Virus record (IMG/VR): IMGVR_UViG_3300020431_000027
Location: 1-28,259 of that record
Strand: one strand, 5' to 3'
Length of the DNA stretch: 28,259 nucleotides
Origin: a virus
Taxonomy: Duplodnaviria; Caudoviricetes
Shown: in pieces, positions 7,408 to 16,860 of the stretch
Layout of the letters: each line of letters opens with the position of its first letter
Position numbering within the stretch: position 1 is the stretch's first letter
Notes under the pieces: model-generated
What the model was told of the DNA's origin: nothing
What the model saw: only the letters and a program-made list of their open reading frames with translations
Databases searched by the model: none
Made by a program: the position numbers and the translations under genes

Positions 7408-8747
7408 TGGCAAAACATAACTCAGCATCAGAACCCGCTAATATTCTACAGTTCTCTATCCAATCTAATGATGGAGAGACTGTAGATATGTCTGCTGCAG
7501 TAACAGAGTTCTCATACTATGAAAGTGTTTTGTCTAATCACGTTACAGCAACTGTTACTGTGGTGGAGACTGGTAATTCAAAGGGTGGTGCTATTGATGG
7601 TCTTTTAGATAACTTACCAATCAGAGGTGGAGAGAGAATTGATATCAAGATGGAAGATAATTATGATAATACTTTAAAATTTGGGGATGGTTTATATGTT
7701 AATAGGGTAAGAAATGCTATACCTGGAACACAAAAGGATGTTTACTTTCTTGATCTAACATCACGTGAATACTTTGCTAATGATCAGGTAAGAGTTGTGA
7801 AGAGATATAAGGAAGCACCTATCTCAACTCATGTATCTTCAATTCTTAAGGATGTTTTGCAAACAGATTCTAAACTTGATATAGATGCCACTAGTCTTAA
7901 CTATAATTTCTTTGGTAATGATAGAAAACCATATTATGTTTGCACTTGGTTAGCATCTAAATCTGTTCCACAAGTATCAGCAAGTGGTGGAAGTGGTGGT
8001 AATACCTTAAATGGTGCAGCAGGTTACCTGTTTTATCAGACACGTGATGCTATTCATTTCAAGTCCATTGATGGTCTATTTAAGCAGAAATCTGAAAAAA
8101 AATATGCATTTAGTGATACTACAGGAGTTCCAGAAGGATATGATGCTAGTATTATAAACTATACTATTGATACTGATATTGATCTAGGACAAAATCTCAC
8201 TCTTGGTACTTATAATAACAGAACTATTTTCTATGATCCTGTATCATTTAATTATAAAGTAACACAGTATGGTATTGAAAATCAGAAAGATAAGATCACA
8301 ACTGCTGGTAAACAGAGTGAAGAGAGTGGTAACTTGGTAGCAAAGCAATTTACAGCATCTCCAACTAGACTATTGAGTGCTGTTAGAGATGTGGGTTATA
8401 ATTCACCTGGAGATACAGCAGAAGAGCAACTTAAAGCATGGAAGGAAGACCCCACTAAAGCAAACTTTGATGCAGAAGGAACAATGGTTCAATCTATTAT
8501 GAGATATAATCAGTTGTTTACTATCCAGACTAATGTTACAATTAAAGGAGACTTTAGTATTAAAGCAGGTGATGTGATAAGATGTGATTTCCCCCAGGTT
8601 AGAGGTAATACTGGTTCAGGTAAGGATATAAATAAGAAAACCAGTGGGGATTATCTAGTGGCACATGTTTGTCATAGAGTAACTCCATCAGATACATTTA
8701 CAAGCCTTGGATTGATTAGAGACTCTTACGGTGTAAAGATTAAATAA
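7407..8747 (+). CDS. Probable baseplate hub protein (gp27/late-control-D-like)
   Basis: 446 aa directly before gp5, with FSYYESVL, LPIRGGE, GYLFYQT..HFKSID and a C-terminal GDFSIKAGDVI...SGDYLVAHVCH pattern typical of hub proteins. Confidence 0.7.
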   Translation: MAKHNSASEPANILQFSIQSNDGETVDMSAAVTEFSYYESVLSNHVTATVTVVETGNSKGGAIDGLLDNLPIRGGERIDIKMEDNYDNTLKFGDGLYVNRVRNAIPGTQKDVYFLDLTSREYFANDQVRVVKRYKEAPISTHVSSILKDVLQTDSKLDIDATSLNYNFFGNDRKPYYVCTWLASKSVPQVSASGGSGGNTLNGAAGYLFYQTRDAIHFKSIDGLFKQKSEKKYAFSDTTGVPEGYDASIINYTIDTDIDLGQNLTLGTYNNRTIFYDPVSFNYKVTQYGIENQKDKITTAGKQSEESGNLVAKQFTASPTRLLSAVRDVGYNSPGDTAEEQLKAWKEDPTKANFDAEGTMVQSIMRYNQLFTIQTNVTIKGDFSIKAGDVIRCDFPQVRGNTGSGKDINKKTSGDYLVAHVCHRVTPSDTFTSLGLIRDSYGVKIK

Positions 8748-11700
8748 ATGATAGAACAAGGACTATTTCAAAATCATTTTGTAGGAAGAGACGGATTCCA
8801 GTGGTGGATTGGTCAGGTTGCTCCTGCTAAAGATTGGGAGATGAATCTCCCAGATACGAATGTGGGGGGAACTGGTAATGAAAAATATAAGGGTTATGGT
8901 GAGAGATATAAAGTTCGCATTATGGGATACCATACTGCTGAAAAAGATGAGTTACCTGATGAGGATTTGCCTTGGGCAACTCTTATGTATCCTGTCACCT
9001 CTGGTGGTGGAGGATCTTTTTCTCAGACATCTAATATAGTACAAGGAACTTTTGTCTATGGTTTCTTTTTAGACGGAGAAGAAGGTCAGCAACCTGTTAT
9101 TATGGGTTGTATTGGACATAATGACTATCAGGAAGTGATGAAGAATGTTCCTTCTTCTGGGTTCATTCCTTTTAGAGGACTGCCACCTAATGTACCTGTT
9201 TCTGCAGGTGCAGCACCATTGACTCAAGGAAAATCTAGTACTGTCAATTCAAAAGAAGCAGGTTCAAAGATAAATGGTAAAGAGAAAACAGGTATTGAAG
9301 ACGTAATAATATCACAGTTAGATGAAGATCAAGCAAAGGAGAATAATGCTGTACTAGCACAACCTAAAACTTGTGAACCTCTTCCTGTTAGTAAGATACA
9401 ACAGTCCATTAGAAATCTTATTAGAGACGTAGAGACAGCAAAGAAAGGACTATACGATTTTGAAAAGGGTGCTCTTCAAGATCTGGCAGATAAAGAAGAA
9501 TGGATCAATAAGAAACTTGAGATGTATGCTGAACAGATTGCAGGTGGTCTTAAGGTAATTTATGCTGAGATTGAAAAGTATGTAGAGAATAAGACAAATC
9601 AAGCACTTAAGTTTGCTTATGACCTTGCATTTCCCAATGAGAGATCTCTCGTAGAGAAAACATCAAGCACTATTCTTGATACTATTGCTTGCTTCTTTAG
9701 GAAGATAATGGGTCAATTGGTTCAATTGATGGTTAAGTTCCTTGGAGATGCTGTTGATAGAATCATCAATGTTTCTAAGTGTTTTGTTGATAACTTTATT
9801 GGTGGAATCTTTGGAGCCCTGGGTGGTATCATTGAAGGAATGTTTGCTGGTCTGTCTAGTATGATCTCTAGCGCTGTTGATATTGGTGAGGGCGCTCTTG
9901 ATTTAGGTGGAGATGTATTAGGAATGATTGATCAACTTATTTCATTCCTGTCTTGTGATGATAGACCAGAGTGCTCAGAAATTAATGATTGGAATATCAT
10001 TTCAGGTGGAAATCAAATTAGTAAAGGAGATTTGACTTCAATTACAGATAGAGCAAAAGACCTGTTCCAAGAGACTCAAAATTTAGGTTTGCAAGCACTT
10101 GACAACTTTGATATGGTCACTGACATTAATTTAGATCAACTGTTTAACTTGGGAGACGATTGCAATACCAGAGAGATACTATGTGGGGCACCTATCTTAG
10201 AGTTCTTTGGTAGTAATGGTACAGGAGCAGCTGGCAATCTAGTGATTGGTGCTGCTGGTGATGTCATTGGAGTTGATATGGTCAGCTTTGGTGTAGGATA
10301 TAATGAAAGTGTTAGAGCAGAAGTTATTGATGGATGTGGTAAAGGCAATGGTACAGTATTAAGACCAGTCTTTGGTAGAATCCCTACTGATGGAACACCT
10401 ATTGGTGGAACTGGAGGAGGAACTCCTGCACTAGCACCACCTAATATTGGTTTAGGTCCATTTAGTCCACAGAACTACCCTTTCCCTGCTAATGGTCCTA
10501 CTTCTTTGTCTCCTGTCCCTCTTGGTCCTGTTGGTGGATCATCACCAATCTATGGTGTAGGTCCTACTGGATTTGGAAATGAACAACCTCCTGAGTGCTT
10601 GGACACAGAGTTTACAGTTACAAGATCTGCTGTTCTTTCTAATACATTTACTTTTAGATTAGTTGATGCTGATCCATCGTTTATTACTGGATGGGATTAC
10701 ACAGGTGATGATGTTAGTGGTGGAGAGAATGATGGGGGAACTAGTTACATTGAATGTGTTGTTCCTGGTAAAGATTATTTGGTCCAAGGATTTTTACCTG
10801 ACGGAACTCCTTGTCCTAACCCATTAAGAATTGATGCTGGTGGATCTACTGTAAGATTGGATGATGCATTTAAAGCAAACGAAACTGTTGATGCAACAGG
10901 TGAGCAGGAGATTCCACCAGGAGGAATTTTCTTAAGAAATGGAAATAGTCTTGTCTATTTGGTAGGTGGAAATGATGTAGTTGAGATTGATTTCTCTTGG
11001 GAATGGGATGATAGGTCTGATATTGCAGGATATACCCGTTCTATAACAATAGCTACAGATGGTGCTCCCATAGTTTTAACAAGATCATCTGGGGATACAA
11101 CTGGTCTTCAATTTGTTACAGGAACATTTAGAGCAGGCAACAGATATCCTGTAACCTTTAGTGGTGATTCTGATAGTTTTGGATTTGTTATTGAGGATAG
11201 TGGTCCACTTCCAACTCAAGTCCAACAGAGAATTAGATATGATGATGATTTTGGTAATGGATTTGATGAAAATGGTGTTTTAAATGCTCTTAATGCAAGA
11301 CAATTATCTGAACCAGTGCCAGTAACTGCACAAGAAACAGAAACTAAGTGGGTATCTGATGGAGACTATCTTGACTTGGTTGTCACTGCAGGCGCAGGTA
11401 AGTTTAGGAATGTAAAAAATAACACTTGTTTGTATAGATTAGATCCAGTAGCACCATCTGATGGTCCTGGTGTTGCAGTTCCTATTCCATCTATTGGTAC
11501 TCCAACTCTTCCTAACATTTTAGTACCTGCACCAGTGCCTACTGGTGATATTGGTATTGTTGATGTGATTGTGGTTCAGTCTGGTGGTGGTTTTATTTCT
11601 GGTCCTGATGGAAGTAAGGGTGGTGATGGTAGAACTTGGTCAGAACCTGGTGATACTATTGTAGTAAAATCAGATGGTAGAATTGAAACACCAATCCCAG

Positions 11701-12212
11701 CAGGTAATTATTTCTGTGTAGAGGCTGGAGACACAGTTGAACTTCCACCAGGAACATTTGTGGTTACTGAAACTAATGATGAACAAGGTGGTGGTGAACG
11801 TATTAATGGTGGATCACCTTATACTGTTAGTAAACCAGGGTGCTTTACTACACCCTATTTGGTAGAAGATGATGGAGCATTTGCTGATGATGCTGTTGCT
11901 TATTCTATTCTTCTTTATCTTTGTGACATTATTGTTGAGTCACCTGGATTTGGATATGAACCAAATGATCCTGTTATCATTACACCAGACAGGGGAGCAG
12001 AAGCAACTCTTAGAGTTGATAAGTTTGGTAGAGTCATTGGTGTCAATGTAATTAAATCTGGTGAAGGATTCAAAGAACTTCCTAGTATTACTATTGATTC
12101 AGACAATGGATATAATGCAGTACTTTTGCCAAAACATTGTATAGATAGGGAGATAGAATTTGAAGATCCTGAGAAGGTAGTTCAAGTCATAGATTGTGTA
12201 GGTAACTTTTAA
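8748..12212 (+). CDS. gp5: gp5-like baseplate hub/central spike protein with N-terminal OB fold; no lysozyme domain recognised
   Basis: GRDGFQWWIGQV, YKVRIMGYH, LPDEDLPWA and VYGFFLDGEEGQQPVIMG match the gp5 N-terminal domain. Confidence 0.85.
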   Translation: MIEQGLFQNHFVGRDGFQWWIGQVAPAKDWEMNLPDTNVGGTGNEKYKGYGERYKVRIMGYHTAEKDELPDEDLPWATLMYPVTSGGGGSFSQTSNIVQGTFVYGFFLDGEEGQQPVIMGCIGHNDYQEVMKNVPSSGFIPFRGLPPNVPVSAGAAPLTQGKSSTVNSKEAGSKINGKEKTGIEDVIISQLDEDQAKENNAVLAQPKTCEPLPVSKIQQSIRNLIRDVETAKKGLYDFEKGALQDLADKEEWINKKLEMYAEQIAGGLKVIYAEIEKYVENKTNQALKFAYDLAFPNERSLVEKTSSTILDTIACFFRKIMGQLVQLMVKFLGDAVDRIINVSKCFVDNFIGGIFGALGGIIEGMFAGLSSMISSAVDIGEGALDLGGDVLGMIDQLISFLSCDDRPECSEINDWNIISGGNQISKGDLTSITDRAKDLFQETQNLGLQALDNFDMVTDINLDQLFNLGDDCNTREILCGAPILEFFGSNGTGAAGNLVIGAAGDVIGVDMVSFGVGYNESVRAEVIDGCGKGNGTVLRPVFGRIPTDGTPIGGTGGGTPALAPPNIGLGPFSPQNYPFPANGPTSLSPVPLGPVGGSSPIYGVGPTGFGNEQPPECLDTEFTVTRSAVLSNTFTFRLVDADPSFITGWDYTGDDVSGGENDGGTSYIECVVPGKDYLVQGFLPDGTPCPNPLRIDAGGSTVRLDDAFKANETVDATGEQEIPPGGIFLRNGNSLVYLVGGNDVVEIDFSWEWDDRSDIAGYTRSITIATDGAPIVLTRSSGDTTGLQFVTGTFRAGNRYPVTFSGDSDSFGFVIEDSGPLPTQVQQRIRYDDDFGNGFDENGVLNALNARQLSEPVPVTAQETETKWVSDGDYLDLVVTAGAGKFRNVKNNTCLYRLDPVAPSDGPGVAVPIPSIGTPTLPNILVPAPVPTGDIGIVDVIVVQSGGGFISGPDGSKGGDGRTWSEPGDTIVVKSDGRIETPIPAGNYFCVEAGDTVELPPGTFVVTETNDEQGGGERINGGSPYTVSKPGCFTTPYLVEDDGAFADDAVAYSILLYLCDIIVESPGFGYEPNDPVIITPDRGAEATLRVDKFGRVIGVNVIKSGEGFKELPSITIDSDNGYNAVLLPKHCIDREIEFEDPEKVVQVIDCVGNF

Positions 12213-12805
12213 TGTCAGATCCAGTCAATCCTTATAGAATTAGATATGGCACAGTAGATGGAGAGATCAAATTTGGCCACATAACATCTGATAGGCAGAT
12301 TGATGCTGTTCTTATCAGAAACTTTAAGAATTGGAAGCATTATATTGAGTTGTGTGCTACAGGGAAGGACCATAGAAAGAATGGAACAATCATCAGAGCA
12401 CCTGGTTCATGTCAAATTAGAGCAGGTGACAATGTTGGTAAAGGTATTCCTGGTGTTTATGTTGAGGCAGTCAGTGGTGACCTGGTATTGAGAGCACCAA
12501 GTGGTAAGGTAAGAATTGAAGGTCTTGATGTTGAAATTACTGCTACTGGTGGATCTAATACTAGAGGTAATGTGAACGTCACAGCAACTGAAAAGATTAT
12601 TCTTAATTCTGACCAGATGATAGATATTAATGCACCAGTTCAAGTGAAGATTGTATCAGAAAAAACTGTAGATGTCACTGGAAAAACTGTGCTAAATCTA
12701 TATGGGGGTTTCATGTCTTGCGCTGACGCTGCAGCCACTGCAAAAACAAGTCTTGGTCCCAAGGGTGGATCTAGTCATGTAGAAAGAATTAAAGCAGAAC
12801 TTTAG
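12212..12805 (+). CDS. Spike-associated protein with beta-strand repeats (gp5 C-terminal-like)
   Basis: Coupled to gp5 by a TAATG overlap. It has about 8-residue beta-strand periodicity (GDLVLRAPSGKVRIEGLDVEITA...GNVNVTATEKIILNS). Confidence 0.6.
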   Translation: MSDPVNPYRIRYGTVDGEIKFGHITSDRQIDAVLIRNFKNWKHYIELCATGKDHRKNGTIIRAPGSCQIRAGDNVGKGIPGVYVEAVSGDLVLRAPSGKVRIEGLDVEITATGGSNTRGNVNVTATEKIILNSDQMIDINAPVQVKIVSEKTVDVTGKTVLNLYGGFMSCADAAATAKTSLGPKGGSSHVERIKAEL

Positions 12806-12814
12806 AGGAGAATT

Positions 12815-13495
12815 ATGAACGCAACAGATGTAACAGCAGGAGGACAATTCCAATGTGGTGGAGGAAAGCCTGATATCTTAGGTCGTGGTCCCACAAAGGT
12901 CAGAGGATCTGCATATATCCAAGGTCCAGAGTTAGTTGGAGATCCTTCACAGTTTCCTGGTGCTGCTGGCAAAGGCAACCCATTTGAGATGGGGTCAGTG
13001 ATGGTTGGTCAGACTGGTAATCCAGAGATGTTGCCACCACCATTTTATGCATTATTTGCTACAACATTTGCTAGAATAAAATCATTCTTGAAAGTTGATT
13101 TGCTCTTGACAGTTAAGGTAATTAAGAGTAAAGTAATATACACAGAAGTACTTATGGCAAAAGTTAAAAACTTTGCTATACCACACCCAACACTACCAAA
13201 CACAAATTTAATTTATGCTTGTCTGGAAGGACCAGAAAATGCAGTCTATGTTAGAGGTGTTCTTAGAAATAATGATACTATAAAATTGCCAGATGTGTGG
13301 AGAGAGTTGGTAGATCCCAGAACAATTACAGTATCACTGACACCAGTTGGTTCTGAACAGGGTCTTGTACTGAAGAGAGCAACAAATAATGAAGTAGTTG
13401 TCCAGGCAAAACCTGGTATGCCAATTCACTGTCATTATCATGTGTTTGCAGAAAGAAAAGACGTAGAGAAACTAATAACAGAGGTTAATGTTTGA
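12815..13495 (+). CDS. Virion protein with C-terminal F.IPHP...LEGPE domain
   Basis: AGGAG Shine-Dalgarno upstream. C-terminal KNFAIPHP..LIYACLEGPENAVYVRG...ITVSLTP...YHVFAERKD. Confidence 0.8.
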   Translation: MNATDVTAGGQFQCGGGKPDILGRGPTKVRGSAYIQGPELVGDPSQFPGAAGKGNPFEMGSVMVGQTGNPEMLPPPFYALFATTFARIKSFLKVDLLLTVKVIKSKVIYTEVLMAKVKNFAIPHPTLPNTNLIYACLEGPENAVYVRGVLRNNDTIKLPDVWRELVDPRTITVSLTPVGSEQGLVLKRATNNEVVVQAKPGMPIHCHYHVFAERKDVEKLITEVNV

Positions 13496-14388
13496 TGTTA
13501 GATTTTACAAATTGGAAGGGTTTATTTACTTATCCAGAGGGAGGCAAAGAAGGATCATTGCCTTTTAAGTTTGAAAACTTTGGAACTTTTGCTGGTCCTC
13601 AGTACGCATCTGAGAATTATAACTATGAAACTGCTGCTCTAGAGGGGGCATGGCATACTACTGTTCCTGGTGACTATAGTTTTAAGAACCTTGACTTGGG
13701 TGTTTACCTTTTTAATAATCAGGCAAACTATGTGGGGTTTCATTGTGATGGTGTGTCCACAGCAATGATGACTCTTGAAGCATCATATGGCAATATTCCA
13801 GAGTTTAATGTACTTGCAACCACTACAAATGTTCTGGGTAATGTTAATGTTGTTGGCAATATTGTTTCAACAGGAAGTATTGTGGCAACTGGTGATATAG
13901 TTGCAAATAGTACATTTGTAATTAATGGAACTCTTGCTCTGACAGGAGTAGGTGACATGGCGTCATATGTGACAGAGACTAGGTCGATTGCTAGCTCTAA
14001 GAAAGGATTTGACATCCCACACCCTTCAAAAGAGGGTCATAGACTCAGATACATTTGTCTTGAAGGTCCTGATGCTGAGGTTTATGTAAGAGGTAAACTT
14101 AAAGGCAATAATATTATTGATCTTCCTGAAGTATGGAGGAGTTTGGTAGATCTAGAAACTGTTGGAGTTACTCTCACTCCTGTTGGGTTGTATCAAGAGT
14201 TATTTGTTGAATCAATTACGTGGGGCACTAGGATTACTATTAAAAATAATCTAGGTGGACCTATTAATTGTCACTACACAGTTTATGGTACTAGGAAGGA
14301 TGGAGAAAGAAACATTCCAGAGTATGAGGGATTGACAATTAATGACTATCCAGGTGATAATAGTGAATATAATATCAATAGTCTTTGA
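13495..14388 (+). CDS. Virion protein with beta-helical repeats and the same C-terminal IPHP/LEGP domain
   Basis: The TGATG overlap places the ATG at 13495. GNVNVVGNIVSTGSIVATGDIVA 6-residue repeats precede KGFDIPHP..LRYICLEGPDAEVYVRG. Confidence 0.8.
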   Translation: MLDFTNWKGLFTYPEGGKEGSLPFKFENFGTFAGPQYASENYNYETAALEGAWHTTVPGDYSFKNLDLGVYLFNNQANYVGFHCDGVSTAMMTLEASYGNIPEFNVLATTTNVLGNVNVVGNIVSTGSIVATGDIVANSTFVINGTLALTGVGDMASYVTETRSIASSKKGFDIPHPSKEGHRLRYICLEGPDAEVYVRGKLKGNNIIDLPEVWRSLVDLETVGVTLTPVGLYQELFVESITWGTRITIKNNLGGPINCHYTVYGTRKDGERNIPEYEGLTINDYPGDNSEYNINSL

Positions 14389-15050
14389 TGGCAATAACTC
14401 ATAAGATATTTCCTTTAGTAATATATCAAGGAGAAGTCAGAGGACATAAAGAGTTTAAGGACAATAATCTTGAATCTTTAAGAGATTATTGGTTTAATGG
14501 ATATAAAAATGAAAGTCCAGAGAACTCTGGAAGAATATTTGTGCATAAAAAATATTCATCACTCTTTAAATCAATTAAAAGAAATGTTGATGAGTATTTT
14601 GATATATTGAATGTTAATCATAAAAATCTTTCATATCATGTAGTCAAATCATGGGTTGGACTTCATGATAAAGAGACACCTGAACTTAATCCTCACAATC
14701 ACAATGCATCAGACATAAGTTTTGTCTACTATTTGAAAAGTGATGATGCATCAGACAAATTCTGTGCTATACAGAAAGATAATCCTAATGAAGTAGTGGA
14801 GGGATTGTTTCAAACAGGTCAGGAAAATCTCATCAAAGGATTCAATAACTTTAACTGTAATTATTACACACTCACTCCTAAAGAAGGAACTATTATTATT
14901 TTTCCTAGTGGAATGTTGCATAAGACATTAAAGTTTACTGAAAGGATGGATGAAAGAATTGTGATAGCAGGTGACATTACAATCACCTTAAAGAATGATC
15001 TTCCATATCATCAAGCATCTACTCACCCATCTCAATGGTTGGAGATTTAG
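14388..15050 (+). CDS. 2OG-Fe(II) oxygenase (TIGR02466-like)
   Basis: SWV, PHNH, ISFVYYL, PKEGTIIIFPSGMLH and ERIVIA motifs. The TGATG overlap places the ATG at 14388. Confidence 0.85.
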   Translation: MAITHKIFPLVIYQGEVRGHKEFKDNNLESLRDYWFNGYKNESPENSGRIFVHKKYSSLFKSIKRNVDEYFDILNVNHKNLSYHVVKSWVGLHDKETPELNPHNHNASDISFVYYLKSDDASDKFCAIQKDNPNEVVEGLFQTGQENLIKGFNNFNCNYYTLTPKEGTIIIFPSGMLHKTLKFTERMDERIVIAGDITITLKNDLPYHQASTHPSQWLEI

Positions 15051-15052
15051 TC

Positions 15053-15060
15053 AATAAATA
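15053..15060 (+). promoter_or_regulatory. T4-like late promoter
   Basis: Intergenic AATAAATA followed by an AGGAG ribosome-binding site and the ATG at 15085. Confidence 0.75.
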
Positions 15061-15084
15061 TAAAAACAGGAGAAAAAGTATAAA

Positions 15085-16122
15085 ATGTCTTTTGGAGTAA
15101 CTACATACAGTAATGGCGCTCAAGGTATTTTGAAAGCTAATATTGAATCTTTGGACCAAAGTATAGCAGGTCAGAGTTCAAACAATACACGTGATATTCA
15201 GCAATATAGGTATGATTTGTTTCAATCATCTAGTGGCAAATTAGATCAGAAAATTCTTGATTCACTTGGACCCTCTAACACTAAAAAGGGTGAGGTCAAC
15301 TCAATAGGTTCTATATCAAATTTTCTTTCTTGTCCAATATATTATCCATCTGAGAGTGATGCTGAAAATGCAGCTCAAAGTATATTTGGAACAGCAGCAG
15401 AAGCAGGATCTACTGGATTACTTTCTAATGTAACAACTTATTTTGCTGTTGGTGTTACTACAACTACTACTTTAAATCTCAGTGAAGGTGCAACAGTAAC
15501 TGCAGGTGGTGTTAATTTTGGAATAAATGCATGGGATGCAACTATTACTGGTAGTGGAATATATGCAGTTAAGAATTGGGATAAGGGTGCTTCTGTTAGT
15601 GTGGGATCTACACTTATTGTAGGATCTACTTCTACTACTGTGACTTCTATTCAATATGTTGGTGTAGGTGAAATCTATCAAGATATGATTGCTGTTTCAG
15701 CATATCCAAACCTAGAACCACCTAATCCAGGTTCTAGTTCACCATTTACAGGATCTCAAACACAAACATTATCTGCAGGAAATTTAGGAAATGGTATAGG
15801 AAATACATCTTATCCCAATGGTATTATAGATGGAACTTTTGGTAATTTGGCAGATGTTCAAGGTGGTATTCCTAAGATAGGAGATGTTCTTGCTTTTGAT
15901 ACATCTTCTTGTTCTACACAGGCAGGAAATATTAGTGCATCTAGGGGTGAGATTGGTGGTTTAAGAGGTGAAATTCAATCTTCTACTAATTCTACTAATG
16001 TAATTAAAGATCTTAAGAAACAATATGCAGTCAATGTCTGGTCTCTAGACAAGAGTGTTGTTGATAATGATGCAAGAAAATCTCAATTGCAGTCTGCCAT
16101 TGGCATTTTGGACACTCTATGA
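15085..16122 (+). CDS. Hypothetical virion structural protein
   Basis: 345-aa Ser/Thr/Gly-rich ORF with helical termini, its own late promoter and an RBS. Confidence 0.75.
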   Translation: MSFGVTTYSNGAQGILKANIESLDQSIAGQSSNNTRDIQQYRYDLFQSSSGKLDQKILDSLGPSNTKKGEVNSIGSISNFLSCPIYYPSESDAENAAQSIFGTAAEAGSTGLLSNVTTYFAVGVTTTTTLNLSEGATVTAGGVNFGINAWDATITGSGIYAVKNWDKGASVSVGSTLIVGSTSTTVTSIQYVGVGEIYQDMIAVSAYPNLEPPNPGSSSPFTGSQTQTLSAGNLGNGIGNTSYPNGIIDGTFGNLADVQGGIPKIGDVLAFDTSSCSTQAGNISASRGEIGGLRGEIQSSTNSTNVIKDLKKQYAVNVWSLDKSVVDNDARKSQLQSAIGILDTL

Positions 16123-16166
16123 TCTGTCCACTACTCATTGACACAGACAATTAAATGATCTATAGT
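16109..16166 (+). promoter_or_regulatory. Sigma70-type (early) promoter with upstream palindrome
   Basis: TTGACA (16138-16143)-N17-TATAGT (16161-16166), with TGGACA-N10-TGTCCA at 16109-16130. Confidence 0.8.
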
Positions 16167-16189
16167 ATCAATGCAATCAACATAGAACT

Positions 16190-16420
16190 ATGTCTGACTT
16201 CAACCCATCTGACTTTGCTATAAGTAATGAAAATGAAGATTACCTAACTAGGGTTGTGATTGATACCAATTCACGTAAGGTTTATCTTTACTCTAGTGAA
16301 GGTGATAGTAAGACTGTTGAATGTGAAACAGTAGATCAGTTTATGAGTGTACTTGAACTTATAAGGATTGTGATTGATGATGACATGGTAGCATACTGTG
16401 AACCAGTCACTATCTCCTGA
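16190..16420 (+). CDS. Small acidic hypothetical protein (cyanophage-type)
   Basis: 76-aa ORF directly downstream of the sigma70 promoter; YLTRVVID..RKVYLYSSEGD..VEC.TVDQFMSVL. Confidence 0.8.
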   Translation: MSDFNPSDFAISNENEDYLTRVVIDTNSRKVYLYSSEGDSKTVECETVDQFMSVLELIRIVIDDDMVAYCEPVTIS

Positions 16421-16492
16421 TGGAAATTGAACTTTTAGTTTCAAAAAGAGAGTAAAATTATCCCAGCAATTTTTTTGCCCCTATTAGTTTTT

Positions 16493-16660
16493 ATGAACAA
16501 GTATTCTTCTGATTTCTATAAAGAAATTTTAATCTGTTACAACTATGAGAAAAGAAACACGTCAGTCTATGGAAATGCTATTTGCAGCGAAGTGGAATTT
16601 GCCCAAAGCAGCAAAGAATGCCAATTTGACACACAAAGAGATGAAAATTACATTCAATGA
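16493..16660 (+). CDS. Possible overlapping small ORF (55 aa from ATG 16493)
   Basis: MNKYSSDFYKEILICYNYEKRN... overlaps 16545-16703 in another frame and may be a shadow ORF. Confidence 0.3.
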   Translation: MNKYSSDFYKEILICYNYEKRNTSVYGNAICSEVEFAQSSKECQFDTQRDENYIQ

Positions 16661-16703
16661 GTACTGTGTTCTTCATCCAGCAAATTGGACTGACGAAGAT
16701 TGA
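16545..16703 (+). CDS. Small hypothetical protein (52 aa, not in ORF track), HTH-like
   Basis: Manual translation gives MRKETRQSMEMLFAAKWNLPKAAKNANLTHKEMKITFNEYCVLHPANWTDED. WNLPKAAKNANLT resembles a Fis-type HTH start. Confidence 0.7.
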   Translation: MRKETRQSMEMLFAAKWNLPKAAKNANLTHKEMKITFNEYCVLHPANWTDED

Positions 16704-16728
16704 TTAAATAGATTAAAGTAATGCTCAC

Positions 16729-16860
16729 ATGAAGGATTATATCTGTATCATAACATGGGACCCTATGTTTGAATGTATACGTTATCATTGGGTTCACAAG
16801 TCAGAAAAAGATCCTGTGGCATTCGTAAATAATCTTAACCCAGAAGAGGTGTATCTTTGA
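16729..16860 (+). CDS. Small hypothetical protein (43 aa, not in ORF track)
   Basis: MKDYICIITWDPMFECIRYHWVHKSEKDPVAFVNNLNPEEVYL. Its stop overlaps the TTG start of the next gene (TTGA). Confidence 0.65.
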   Translation: MKDYICIITWDPMFECIRYHWVHKSEKDPVAFVNNLNPEEVYL

